NCBI GenBank assembly: GCA_965178125.1
Contig: OZ237735.1
Coordinates: 2,356,001 to 2,420,000, forward strand
DNA from: Bilabrum cf. latius
Taxonomy: Eukaryota
Length of the DNA stretch: 64,000 nucleotides
Direction of reading: 5' to 3'
Under the pieces are notes generated by a model. It was given only the letters and a program-made list of their open reading frames with translations. It made no database searches and was not told where the DNA came from. Made by a program: the position numbers and the translations under genes. Shown here one piece after another: positions 11,257-24,300 of the stretch. The stretch's first letter is position 1; each line of letters starts with the position of its first letter.

Positions 11257-13293
11257 ATGAAGGCCGCCAGCGAGAAACTTCCTAAAGAATTGTCAGGAAC
11301 CATGCAGCTCAAGCCACAACGTGCGGCATCACAAGCATCGCGAGAAATCAATGTCAAACTCGAAGCCGACGCGAGTGATAGCGCTCCGCCGGCCTTGCAA
11401 GTCGATGGCAGAGATGTTATACGGGTTATGCTGTAGTTTTTGCGAGAAAATTCCCTAAATGAGTCACTTCGCACTCTTCAAGACGAGACTGGGGTCCCTT
11501 TGGATGCGGTAGATTCGCTTGCAGACCTGCGCAGCCTGGTCCTTGCCGGACGATGGGACGCGGTCCTGACCCAGCTAAGTGAAATGTCGTTGCCCCCTGA
11601 TGTAGTCATGCTCGCGTATGAACAGGCTACCCGAGAGATGCTCGAGCTTCGGGAGGCAGACACGGCTCTGGCACTGTTGAAATCAGCCGTACCCCTGCGG
11701 CTCATGCGTGGCTTGCAACCTGGCCGGTACGCAAGGCTAGAATCGCTTGTGCGCCGTGGTGCGTCCTCTATCCAAGAGCTGTACCCGGCTGGAGCCACCC
11801 GTGCGACTCGGAGAGACGAAGTCGCGACGGCCATCGAGGAGCACGTGCGCGAAGTCCCGCGGGGACGCCTGCTCGCCGCGCTCGGCGACGCCCTCCGTTG
11901 GCGACGAAGGGCAGGGCTTCTCCCCGCTGGAATGGGATCCCGTCTCGACGTATTCAGTGGAACTGTCCCGCGGCGTCGCGACGCAGAGGAGCTGCCGGCC
12001 AGTCGCCGGGCCGGCGTGGTCCGCTTCGCCAAGGGGACGCGCGCCCTGGCGGCCTGCATGTCCCCGATTGGAGACGCGCTCGTGACCGGCAACTCGGACG
12101 GATTCGTGGAGGTCTACGACCCGGAATCGGGATCTCTTCGCATGGATTTGGAGTACCAGGAGAGGGACGAGGTGATGGCCCACGAGAGCCCCGTGCTGTG
12201 CCTAGACGTCAGCGAGGACGGGGAGCTCGTAGCCGCGGGAGACAAGAACGGGGACGTGCGCGTCTGGAGGATCGTCAGCGGCAAGTGCCTGCGCCGGTTC
12301 CCGAAGGTGCATCCCGGCGGTGTGACGAGTGTCGCGATCTCGCGCGACTCGTCCAGGGTGCTGGCAGGCGGCTTTTCCGGGGCCGTCAGGGTGCTGGGCA
12401 TGCGATCCGGGAAGCAGGTCAGAGAGCTCCAGGGCCACACGGCGTTTGTCAATAGCGTGCAGTTTTCCGCTGACGGGTCGTTCTGCCTGACTGCGAGCAG
12501 CGACGGGACAGCCAGGAAATGGAACTCTGCCACTGGAGAGGCCGTCCAGGTGCTGCGGCCACCCTCTGCCAGCGCGACTGCGGAAATCGCGGTCGTGTCT
12601 GCGCTGTTTGTGCCCAGGCGGGGCGGCCTTGACGAAGGGGCGCCTGGAAGCGTTGCCGCGGCAAGTGGCAGCCAGGCGGCCGGCATGCCATCGTCATCCA
12701 CGTCCGCCGCGTCGAAATCTAATGCGGGCGGCAGCGTGCTGGTGTGTCCCCGCGGCCCGGCCGCGTTCGTGCTGGGCTCAGGTGGCGAGGTGAAGTCAAC
12801 CCTGCGGCCTGGACCACTCCTCAACGAGCAAAAAGGCGGCAGCGGTGCAGGAGGAGGGAGCAAGCGGTCGACGGCAGCTTCGTCCTCCTCATCCTCATCT
12901 TCCTCGTCTGCCGCGCCACCCACCCTTCGAGACGCCTCCGAAGCGGCGCGCGATGCCTCGCTACACCTGGCAGCGGCTGCGGTAGGCCCACAGGGAAGGC
13001 TTGCGTACCTGTTCGCAGATGATGGGGGCATGTACGTGCTGGACATAGCGAGTGGCAAGCAGCTGGCAGCGGTGCAAGCCGCGGGCGAGGGCGCGGAGCC
13101 TCTGGGCCTGTCGCACCACCCGCACAGGAACCTAGTGGCTAGCTACGCGGCGGAGAACAGGGTCAGGCTGTGGCAGCAGGACAAGAAGGCAGCCAAGGCG
13201 CGGGTCAAGTCCGGAGCAGTGGGAGTGGGTGCTGCCGCTTCTGGGGCGGGGCATAGTCACGGGGGGAGTGTGCCCAGCGTGCCGATGTCTTGA
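11257..13293 (+). CDS. SMU1: WD40 repeat splicing factor SMU1 (LisH/CTLH + WD40)
   Basis: DVIRVML*FLRENSLNESLRTLQDETGV matches the SMU1 N-terminus (DVIRLIMQYLKEN), followed by WD40 repeats and C-terminal HHPHRNLVASYA. TAG at 11434, TGA stop. Start could also be 11302. Confidence 0.9.
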
Positions 13294-13341
13294 GTAGATC
13301 CCATTAGTGAAATCGAGCAAAGCTGGTATGTTCAATCTCCC

Positions 13342-16029
13342 TTAGTTTGGTCGCCGTGACTTCCAGTACCTTCGGCGTATTTCCTTCATAGTGTACCCCT
13401 TCCCGCCGTCACGCTTCAAGTGTTCAATCCACGCATTTTTCGCGCGTCTTCTTTGGCGTCTTGGAGCTGCCGGACCAGCCGGTGAGCCATGCCCGCCCAT
13501 GTCCATAGGAGCGCCGCCGCCACCCCCGCCGCCACCACCCATCATCGCGCTCATCATCATCATCTGCTGCATTTGCTACATCTGCTGCATCTGCGCCGCC
13601 GCTGCCTGCTGCGCCTGCTCCTGGGCCCTCCGTGACTCTTCCCGGATTTCTCGAATGGTCTGCTCTTGGTCTGCTTTAATCTTCTCTACGGCCTCCTCTG
13701 CCTTGGTGACCTGCTGCCTGCACTCCTCCGCCTTCTGCTTCTCTTGCTCGAGCTCAGCCTCGGTGCGCTAACGCTGGGATGCGTTGTCCTCGGCACGCTG
13801 CAGCTGGCACAGTGCGGACTGTGCCTGTGCATGGAGCTGCTCCACGTCGGCCTTCAGTCGGGCTTGCTCCACGGCGACCGGATCGCGAGCATCGGCGCCG
13901 CTTGAGGTCCAGGACTGTACGATCGCGACCAGATCGGAGCGTCGAGCCCCCACTCCGAACTGAGCCCGAGCCTCCTCGAGCGGTGCTCCGCAAGCCGCGG
14001 CTCCAAGCACTTCAGCAGGCCTCGCTTCTAGTGCCGAGCCCGACGAGAGGGTGGCACCGGCGCCCGACGAGGCCTGCATGGCAGGCGCTCGCACCGGTGT
14101 CGGGTCTCCAGCGGCACCGCCCGAGCCCTTGCCTAACGACTCAGACGAAGACGATGGGTCCCCTGCGCCAGCCACAGTCTCGCGAAGCACCGTTGCGAAC
14201 CGCTCTGCAGCAGCACATGCCTCGCCGCTGCCCTCCCTCCTGAACGCCTCCTCAATCCTTTGAACCGCCTCGCCCGCCCAGTCCGACTCGAGGTGCTGGG
14301 CAAAATCGTCCCTCAGGGCTTGCTCGAGCCGGCCACTCCCGCTCATTGCCTCGCGAATGCGCTCCCCGAGCCTGACTCGCGCCTGGGCGGCTTGCTCCGA
14401 GGTGCCCTCCGCACCTGCGATGGCGTCGTCATTGGGAACGCTGTCGCGCAGCCGGACGTAGGCATCGTTCTCTAGCGCGACTCTACGCGCATCAAGCAAT
14501 GCCGCGAGCATGCTCTGCGAAAGGCTTTGCCTCGCCTCGGCTGCCTTGGCGCGTATGCGAGCGAGGAGGCTCTCACGCACCGCCTCACATGTCGAGTCGC
14601 ACAGCTTGCGGGCTGCGTCCGGCAGCTCGCTGATGGACACGCAGGCCTCTTCGGCCGCAGCTCTGATTATCTCCGATTGCATCATGTCCCGGAGGATCGC
14701 CAACAGCCGATCAACTGCGGCTGGAGACTGCAAAGAAGCCACGAGTTCGGCCGTTGAGCTGCCCTCTTCGGCCTGGCACCCCTCCAGCACAGCGCTGTGA
14801 AGGAATTGCGCGTGTGAGACGGCAACACCGGTCGCGTGGGTCTGCAGCTGCTCCCGCAAGGAGGTCCCATTGATGATCCCGATATCTATCGAGGCGTTGG
14901 CTTGCTCTGCGAGCGTCTTGATCGCGGGGAGCACGCTGCTCGGGACGCACGGCAGACTCGGGTCACCCATGAGGTGCCCAGCGCCGGTCCTTGCAGACAG
15001 CTCCTTCCCAGCAATATTCTCCAGCATCGTGTCGAGGGCTGTCCGGAGGTTTGTTTGCTGTTCCGGAGGCACCTGGCCGGACCGGGGATCCACGGACAAG
15101 GCGGGTACGTGCGCGAGCTCGCATCGCCTGAAGCAATCTTTCAAGCTTTTCCTCTGCTTGTTTCTTGCCTCGATGTCTCTCTTGGCAGCACGGGTTCCAG
15201 ATTCAGGCTCCATGCCAAACACTGTCTCACATAGCTCTCGCTTGTCTGCATCAGTCACCAACAAGTTGCACATGAGCTGCGCTACGCACAGCGTGCCGCT
15301 CAAACCGCTCGTCGCCTGGCCTCGATGGGCCTGAGATCCGGCTGCTTCACCCTCCGCCTGCTCACTGGCGCTGTCCAGGATGATTTCGCTCGTTTCTACG
15401 ATGTGTGCGACCATTTTGAGCGCGCTATCACGCGTGATTGCATCTCTCTAGGCGAACAAGAGGGCCCCGCGTGCGGTGAGCAGCAGCGCTGGCAGCACGG
15501 TGCGGGTGTCCTGGCTGGCAGCCTCAGCACCTGATCCTTCGCAATCGATGACCAGCACCGCAGATTCATGGGGCTGCCCGAATGCTCCTGCCGGCAGGTG
15601 GATGAAAACCCCGTCGGCGCCCTTCGTACACGGCTGGGGCTGGTCTGAGGTGACGAACAGGTCCGGGACACGCTTCCCGGAGATTTTGCAGTGTACAAAC
15701 CTGACTTCGCCGCCGCCAATCATCTGTGGTTTTGGTGCGGGCGTTTCGAAGGCGTTCTGCACGATCCAGTCGACTGCGTAGTTCATCGTGGTGCTTTTGC
15801 CACCTCTCGCGGGTCCGTTGATCGCGATTGTCGTCAGGGGGGCACCCCCTGGCAGATCTCGTAGTATTCGCTAGATGCCTTCCTCATCAGGAATGCCTAT
15901 CTGCGGTGCACGATCGGCAGGTGTTGCGGCTGTCACGCGCCACAGCGGCACGACGCCGGAGAGTTTGATCGCCTGTCTGCAGCCGGAGCCACTGGCAGGA
16001 CCTTCCGATCCTCCTCTTCTTGATGCCAT
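13342..16029 (-). CDS. Guanylate-binding protein/atlastin-like large GTPase with C-terminal coiled coil
   Basis: One frame through TAGs at 15871, 15448, 13768 and ~13576. P-loop GPARGGKST, CTKG and VLVIDCEG motifs, then a helical/coiled-coil region and a Q/M-rich tail. Ends with TAA. Confidence 0.7.
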
Positions 16030-16492
16030 CGTGTGTTTCTGCGTGAATGGTGCAGCGTGAGCGAACAGTATGGCGTGTCTCAAGAACGCGCGAACAGCAA
16101 CACCAGCGCTTCCAGAATGAATGAGTGCCAATTTTAGACTTGGATTAGCCATACCGCTGTCGCAGTCCAACATCGAGGATGAAAATGTGCACGCAAATAG
16201 ATACCAAATGCCCCAACTAATTATTCTGGTATTATTCCAACTCACCAACTTTGGCCAATTATTTTGCAGGGAGTGCACCAGGTGTAACTTGTAGTAATGG
16301 TGTGTCAAACGAACGAACGATCTTAATTTTCATAAAATTGCCACCTCGCGGGAACGAACGGAACCATCGGCGCCGCCGCGCGTTCATTTGCGGAACCAAC
16401 CCACCACGACATGAGCTGCAGGGACCCAGCAGGGTTGCCAGTCAATCCTTTAGGTACCAAGCAACGTTGAATACCAGCACTGACGTACAGCT

Positions 16493-18347
16493 ATGGAACG
16501 CGATGAATTCAACAACTCGGGAGAGGTGATCGATCTCGTCAGCAGCGACTCAAGCGAGAGCGACAGCGATGTCGAGGCTCCCGACAAGCACAACAACACA
16601 AGGTTTGCTGCATCAAATTCAGCGACTACCAGCGTCTAGTGGGGCTCTCCAGACGCATGTCTGAATGGCAGGGCCCGCGGTCCAGCTAGCGATCGAGAAG
16701 AAGCTGCCAGTGGGGCCGTCGATCAGACTCAAGCTAGTCCTGTGTCCACCGTGCCATCAGTACAATCCAGCAGCAGCACAGTATCACAGCAGGTGGTACA
16801 ATCGGCAATGCAGTTAAGCTTAGGAGCAGCTGCAGGTGATACTAGCCATTCCTCGCTGGGGCAGAAGCGGGGAAGGCGGGCAGAGGTTCGCCATCTAGAT
16901 AATTTCAAGAGGGGAGCGAGGGCAGGGAAGAAGCGGCGGAAGGAGGCACATACAAACGCGATAGAATTCGAATGCGAGGTATGCGGTAAGGTGCTGGGCT
17001 CAATGAAAGGCTTGCGGCAGCATGTGTCGGTGGTGCACCTGGGCGAGCGCAAGCACGAGTGCAGTGTGTGCGGCAAGTCATTCGGTGTGGCAGGCAATCT
17101 CAGGACGCACATGTCCACTGTGCATCTGGGGTAGCGCAAGCACGAGTGCAGTGTGTGCGGCAAGTCATTCGGGTAGGCAGGCTCGCTCAGGAAGCATATT
17201 TCCACTGTGCATCTGGGGTAGCGCAAGCACGAGTGCAGTGTGTGCGGCAAGTCATTCGGGCAGGCAGGTGATCTCAGGAGACACATGTCCACAGTGCATC
17301 TGGGCGAGCGCAAGCACGAGTGCAGTGTGTGCGGCAAGTCATTCGGGGAGGCAGGTGATCTCAGGAGACACTGTTATATGGACTCGGACATCAGGATTGA
17401 AGCAACGGGGAGCAGAGGTGAGACGGAAGACGAGGCGGGCGCAGGAGGACAGGAGGTGGAGAAGAAGAGGGGGACACCGGCACAGGCGACGACAGTGCGG
17501 TGTCAACAGGGAGAACACAACGGGAGGTAGGGGGCTCCAGGTGCAAGGCACGAGGGAGACACGGGTGGCAGCGGACTGCATGGCCAGCAGCACGCAGAAG
17601 GCCAACAGGTGGGTGGACAGATGGGGCGCACGGCAGGTCGGCCAGGACCGGCGCGTGCAAGCTGAAAGGATAGGGCCAAGGTGGCAATGCTGGGAGCAAA
17701 GCACACGGTCCCTAGGGCGGGGAACAGGAACAGGAAGCCATGTGGCGACGAGGCCAGTCGGGTGCATGGGGAAAGTGGTGTGTACATTCGTAGTGTCAGA
17801 TGAATACCGCATTCAGGTGGACCGGTGAAGAACCAGTCGTTCGGGGTGAAGCCCAGTGGGTCCGCGGGACCGGGGGCAGGAATTTTTCTTTTTGGTAACT
17901 GCCAACCAGTGGGGTTTGCAGCAGCCGCGAAGATGAGCCAATGGGTGTGGTTGAAGGAACAAATCTGATCTGTAGTCTAGGTTCAATGTCCACTGTGCAT
18001 CTGGGGTAGCGCAAGCACGAGTGCAGTGTGTGCGGCAAGTCATTCGGGCAGGCTCACTCAGGAGACACATGTCCACTGTGCATCTGGGGTAGCGCAAGCA
18101 CGAGTGCAGTGTGTGCGGCAAGTCATTCGGGCAGGCAGGCCATCTCAGGACGCACATGTCCACAGTGCATCTGGGGTAGCGCAAGCACGAGTGCAGTGTG
18201 TGCGGCAAGTCATTCGGTGTGGCAGGGAATCTCAGGACGCACATGTCCACTGTGCATCTGGGGTAGCGCAAGCACGAGTGCAGTGTGTGCGGCAAGTCAT
18301 TCGGGGAGGCAGGCTCACTCAGGACCCACATGAAACGATGCAATTGA
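16493..18347 (+). pseudogene. Tandem C2H2 zinc-finger gene ZF2 (~9 fingers), interrupted by a 614-bp insertion and a 4-bp frameshift
   Basis: ATG 16493 MERDEFNNSGEVIDLVSSDSSESD. Finger 5 is split at agacac|atgtcc by 17372-17985. GGGCAGGCTCACTC near 18046 lacks 4 nt relative to other fingers. The last finger ends THMKRCN-TGA. Confidence 0.75.
17372..17985 (+). mobile_element. Zinc-finger-associated repeat, copy E2, inserted inside ZF2
   Basis: Starts TGTTATATGGACTCGGACATCAGGATT and ends CTAGGTTCA. Removing it restores the finger sequence exactly. No target-site duplication. Collinear with 44765-45373. Confidence 0.85.
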
Positions 18348-18555
18348 TTCGTATGGCTAGACTAGAAAGCAGACATATTTGACTTGAATTCAAGAATTGC
18401 GACCTGCCAGCAAAGCTGCGACCACAGCTCGCACAACAACTAACCCTTAGGGTAAACAGCGATGAAGATTCATTCTGTTTAGTCATACCAGTCTATCCCA
18501 AAGTCTCCACAACATTGGCAGTGAACACTATAAAGCTAGTTCTGCTATCTATACC

Positions 18556-21381
18556 ATGTCATCGGCAGCAGCTGGCAGCGGCGCCGGCCCAGCAGCCCGA
18601 ATGAATCAAGCTTTGCGCCATGCCCAAGCTGTCTTCTCAGCGTCCAAAGACGACGATGCCCGAGGTGCTTCGGCTGGAGTTCTAAATACAAAGGCGCTTG
18701 TCTTAAATGCCTTGCTTCGCACAGCTGAAGTAGTGTCTGCATCAGGATCCCGCTGCTAGGACGACATAGATTCGGCTTTTCGAAGCGTAGAGGGTGTTAG
18801 CAGAGCGGCAGAGATTGTCCAAGCACGACAGATGCGCTTAGGTTGGAGTGTAGAAGCAAATGCTTCCAGGGCTGGGCTGGTCAATGCGCACGGGCGAGTT
18901 TTGCCCGGTACTACGAACGGAGCCGGTACTGAGTAGACACAACGGATCCTCACGATTGAAAATCAAAACACGGTTTCCAGCTCTCTCCGTAAGACTGGCA
19001 CTTCTGCGCATGTGTGTGCATTGGCGGCGGCTTCGACCTCTCTGTCTGCCGGCGCTACCACGAGCAGCGGCCGGTACTGCCCTGCAGATCGGCAATCGCA
19101 GCAGCATGTCTAGGAAGCAGCTAGCTTCGTCGAGGAAGTACTTGCCATGGAAGCAGATGGCGATGCATCCAACGGCTCCGGCCTGTCATTTTCGGTCGTG
19201 CCAAAGCAGCACCGCTCTGCGGCTGCTGCCGCCCATGAGGCAATCGGTGCTACTAGTAGCTCGCAGACACCGAGCCAAAGCTCCGGCTCCAGAGCCGCAG
19301 AGGTGGCCCATGTCGACGACAAGAAACCAGTGACGCCGTCCGATCGCGTTTCTTCATCCCTACCGGTGCCTGTGCAGGCCGCGGCAGAGCCCATCGCGCG
19401 CCCGAATCGCCCCCACTAGCAGCAGCAGCAGAAGCGCCAAGTCCCGAGGCTCAAAATCGACCAGACCCAGGCATAGGGAAGTGACCCTAGCTCAAGCCAG
19501 ACAATACCAGCATCTGCTAGTGCTATAGGCTCTACGGGTGTTCCCCAGGCGCTGGACTCTCCTAGGCAGCAACCCAAGACGCCCAAGGCGAGAGGGCCGA
19601 AGGAGTCAAAGCAGGCCACGCAGCCGGGATCATCCGGAGCGAAAAACATTTAGCCCAGGCGGTCCCCGAAGCAACCTCCCCTGGACTCCGGGTCGCTGCC
19701 CTCGATGGCCGGCGGGCCCGGCGCCAGTCCCCCCTCCTCCCCTCCCACAGACAGCACCGACTCGAAGCAGGTGGCCCGCAGGGAAGCCCCCTCTCGGAGG
19801 TCGCCGCGCACTAGCGGCAGCGGAACCACAGTGCGCGGCACCGAGCAGAGCCCCGGCTTGGACTCCCCGCGGCAGCCCGGCAAGCCCCGCCGCGCTATCG
19901 GCTCCGGATCCAAGGCGAGTCTGGCTGCCATGGCTGGCCAGGCCCTCAGCGGCGAGGAGGCCGCACCGGCGGCAAAATCCGTGCTCAAGGCACCTGCACC
20001 AGCACCAGCACCTGCACCAGCACCAGCACCAGCACCTGCACCTGCACCTGCACCTGCACCTGCACCTGCACCTGCACCTGCACCTGCACCTGCACCTGCA
20101 CCTGCACCAGCAACAAGCATGTTTAGTCGCATATTTGGCTCATCGCCGGCCCCAGCCCCAGCCCCAGCCCCAGCCCCAGCCCCAGCCCCAGCCCCAGCCC
20201 CAGCCCCAGCTTCAGCTTCAGCTTCAGCTGCACGCCCAAGACCCAGACCCCAACCAAGGCCTCGCCCGGCGGCAAGCGCACGACCGCGGCCCCGACCCCG
20301 TCCCGGGCCAGCCGCAGGTCCTCGTCCCGGCCCTGCCAGGCCTCGCCCAGGTGCGGGCGGGCCCAGACCAGGCAGGGCCGCGGCGAGGCCGAGACCATCC
20401 CCTGCGATGGGAGGCGCTGCCGGCGGTGCCCCCGGTGGTCTGCTCGCCGAGATCCGTGGAGGTGCCAGGCTCAAGAAGGCCAAGACTGTGGTCAAGGGGA
20501 ACAAGCTGCCCGGAGAAGGGGGTGCCTCGGGGGGAAGCAGCAGCGGGGGTGGTGGGGGGGGGCCGCCGGCGGGCGGCATGATGGCCCAGATCCTGGCCGC
20601 CCGCCAGAAGATGGCTGGTGGGGGCACCGGGTCGAGCAAGAGCAGCAAGCCCAAGCGCAAGTCCAAGGCAGGCTCTGGCGTTCTCGGAAGCAGCTCACAC
20701 ACCGGCAGCAGCAGTAGTAGCAGTATTAGCCGCGCTTCCAAGAAGTCCTCCGGCAAAGCCAGCAAGTCCAAAGGCACGGGCACAGGCAGGGGTTCCAAAG
20801 CGGGCGTGAGCGGGTCAAACCCCAAGAAGAGCCCCAAAAAAGGACCCAAAGCAGGCCCTAGGCAGCCCGTCTCCGTCGCATCGCTGGGAGCAGGTGCCCC
20901 CAGGCCGCAGCCCAGGCCAGCACCAGCACCGGCTGCGGCTGCTAGGGCACAGCCCCGTCCTTAGCCCCAGCCTAGGCCGCAAGCAAGGCCCCGGCCGCAG
21001 CCCAGACCCCAAGCAGGAGAGGGCCGCCCGGGGAGGCCGCGCCCAGGCAGGCCAGGGCCTGGAGCAGGGGCGGGTCCTGGCAGGCCAGGGCCAGGGAGGC
21101 CACGTCCGACGGGCGGTCCGTTCGGCGGTGGTGGGGGTGCCGGGGGTGCCCCCGGTGGTCTGCTCGCCGAGATCCGTGGAGGTGCCCGGCTTAAGAAGGC
21201 CAAGACCGTGGTCAAGGGGAACAAGCTGCCCGGGGCAGGGGGTGCTTCGGGGGGAAGCAGCAGCGGGGGTGGTGGGGGGGGGCCACCGGCGGGCGGCATG
21301 ATGGCCCAGATCCTGGCCGCCCGCCAAAAGATGGCTGGTGGGGGCAAGAAGAAGAAGAAGAAAAAGAAAGGCGGCAAGTGA
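18556..21381 (+). CDS. Proline-rich protein with two WH2-like motifs, copy 2 (apparently full length)
   Basis: ORFs 18556.., 19147.. and 19705.. share one frame and are separated only by TAG (e.g. H*QQQQ at 19417). Ends KKKKKKKGGK-TGA. Confidence 0.7.
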
Positions 21382-24300
21382 ACGTTTGGGATCCCGTGTT
21401 GCGTTGCAGTGTGCATCTCGAGGCCTTGTTTGTACTCATCACCGAGCCTCGCGCTGAGCAGCTGCAGTGGTCGCAACAGCCGAGCGTTGCTGTAAACAAT
21501 TTGCTGCAGTGTGTAACACAGAAGCATTTCGTAATTTTCCATGAAGTGAGGTAACCAAAGGAACAAATAGGGTTCCGGCACCAGCGGCTAGCGTATCCAT
21601 TCCGTTTAGTTTGGGTTCGTGTTCCTCTCTTTGCTCTGTTGCAGGGTTCTGTACCTGTACGGGTCCTAGACTGGCGCAGCGAAGAGTATAGCAGAGGTAA
21701 GATCATGCACAATTACTAATTCAGATGTACTATCTACATAGTGGGTCCAGCAAAGCCCGGTACTGCGCAAGACAAGACGCACAACAGGGCAAGAAAGATC
21801 CTTGCACGTTTCCTTTGTCACAGGAGTTGCATGCGGAGTCGCTCCGACAGGAAATTGACGGTGTTTTAGACACACTCAATGCCGTAAAGGACGTGAGTTG
21901 ATCCTGGAACGGGTGATACGAGACCGCACTGTTCGCACCTTGCTTGTGCACGTGCCACGTCGATCGGTTCATTTTGGCCCAAGCGTAACGCTACACCGCA
22001 GGCTGACCTGACCGAATACACCAGTGTGGTTATTGTTTGTTCTACCACAGGAAATGGCGATCCTCCGGACAATGCGGACAGGTTTTACAGGAAACTGCGT
22101 CGTCGCCGCGATCCCGTGTCCATGGAGGGTGTTCGATTCGCAGTACTGGCCTTGGGGGACACAAACTATGACAAGTTCTGCCACTGCGGTAAAATCATCC
22201 ACGCAAAGATGCTCGAGCGCGGCGGGACACCCTTCCATGAGCTCGGGTGTGCGGACGAGGCCATGGGACTAGAATCGGTGGTTGATCCGTGGACTGAGGG
22301 ACTTTTCGAAGTTCTCAAGCAGATGAAATCCAGCAGTGACGCAGGTGCCAGCGAAAGCAAAGAGCCAGAGGCGAAGGAAGCTCCCGCGCCCAAACCAGGC
22401 CCCACAGCTGCGACTTCCAGCAATCCCATGGATATGCTGAAGCAGATGCAAGCGAAGCAAGGCCACAGCAACGCGTCCGAGCCTTCCCATAAGGCTGCTG
22501 CATCTAAACCTGCGGAAGCTACGAGCCCTGCCCCAGCACCCACTACAGCACCTGCCCCTGCCCCTGCCCCTGCCCCTGCCCCAGCACCCGCCCCGAAGCC
22601 CGCACCGGCCGCAGCCACTCTCGGGGGCGGAGGCATGTCTCTCCTCGCCCAGATGAGGGCCAGGGCCGCGGCAGCCTCTGCCGCGAGAGCCACGCCGGCG
22701 TCGAGTGGTGCGGGAAGCGGAGGCCCTGCAGGGAGCAGCAGCAGCAGCGGCAGCGGCAGCGGCGGCCAGCCGGCGCTCATCAAGCGGCAGTCAGCAGGGA
22801 AGGCCTCATAGGCGCAGGCGCCCGCCCCGCGGCAGTCGACTCACGCGCACGGTTCGCGCGCACCGCTGGCACCCGCGCCTGTGAGCAGTGGAACCAGGTC
22901 CTTCAAGTCCTTGTTCCCTGGAGTCGCTCGGCGCCTCAAGTCAGACCCGTCGGGCGGCGCGTCGGGCAAGCCAGCCGCTAACGCTGCCGACCCCAGCAGG
23001 CCCGTGTCTGCTCTGCAGAGGCGCCGAGCAGCACGCGCAGCAGCGGGTGGAGGATCATCGGCCTCCAAAGCACCGCGCCTGGCGCCACTCCTCGTGGAGG
23101 TGTCAGATACCCCCGGTGACGCGAACCCTGGAAAGCAGGCATCGGCGGAGGTTGACCCGGCCACGCCAATGGAGCAGGCCCGCGCGCTGGAGCCGTTGCC
23201 CGCACCATCAGGCCGCATAGCGCTCGCAGAGCACCCGAGGAACGCCCTGTACGATGCCGCGGGTGGGATCGGCCTGTCTGCCGCCTCTCCCGCCAAGTGT
23301 CCCATCAGGTCTGCCAGGTACCTCACGAAAGGAGGGCCCAGTGCGCCGAGGAGGGTGATCCACCTGGAGCTGGACCTCCGTGGGACCACGCTGGAGGGGA
23401 GGTACGTGCCTGGGGATGCCATTGGCGTGCTGTGCAGGAGCGAGAAGTCCAATGTAGAGGCCCTCTGTAAGCGGCTCGGCTACGAGCCGTCGGCTCGGGT
23501 GCTGCTCCGCGGCGTGTTGGGCAGCGATGGTGACAGCCGCCAGCCGCTTCCAGAGCACCTCAAGAGGGCTGGTCTGAGGCCGCGCGTCTCCGAGGTGCTT
23601 TCGCTGTGCGTAGACATCAACGCCCCGCCGAGAAAGCAGGTGCTTGCACTGCTGGCTGCACACACCAGCGTAGCCAGCCAGAAGGCCTCCCTGCAGGCCA
23701 TGTGCGAGAACAGCAAGGCGGGCAAGCAGCTCTACGAGTGCTTCGTGCACTCGCAGCAGCTCTCCCTGCTGGACGTCCTTGGCTTCTTCCCTTCTTCGCG
23801 ACCCCCTTTGGCCGCTCTTCTCTCAGCACTGCCTCCGCTCGCCGCGAGGTTCTATTCCATCAGCAGCTCCCCGCTCGACAATCCCTCCGTCCTCAGCTTT
23901 GCCTTCACGGTTGTTGCGTACAGAACGGGGGCTAAGGCCGACCAAGTCGAGGCCGCGCGTGCAGCGGCAGGCGACGACAAGAAGGAGCCGGCATCTTCGC
24001 GTGCCAAGCAAGACGGCGTCGCGTCGGTGGACTGCATGCCTGGAATAGGCTCTGTGATCCGCCAGGGCGTGTGCACGGGGTACCTCGAGCGGCTGTGCAA
24101 GAAGCCCCTGCAGGCATCCATCGCTGCAGTGAGGAAAACGAGGCTGGCTGGTGCTGCAGGTGCCTCCATCGGCCTCGAGTGGGACAGCGAGCACGAGGAG
24201 GATGACTCTGGCAAGGAGGGCGGGCCAGAGAGCGACCGCAGCGAGGCGTCCCTCGGCGGTGTGAAGGTCAGTGAGGGGCCGCAGGACGGCGAGGCAGAGC

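Noticed and set aside
17126-17140. TAG = Glu, suggested by zinc-finger linkers GGG TAG CGC aligning with GGC GAG CGC
   Set aside because: Invariant positions in the helicase, SMU1, flavodoxin and farnesyltransferase all require Gln. G-Q-R-K is a tolerable linker variant spread by repeat homogenisation.
18440-18453. CTAACCCTTAGGGT as fused telomeric repeats
   Set aside because: Only about one unit on each side, which is compatible with chance.
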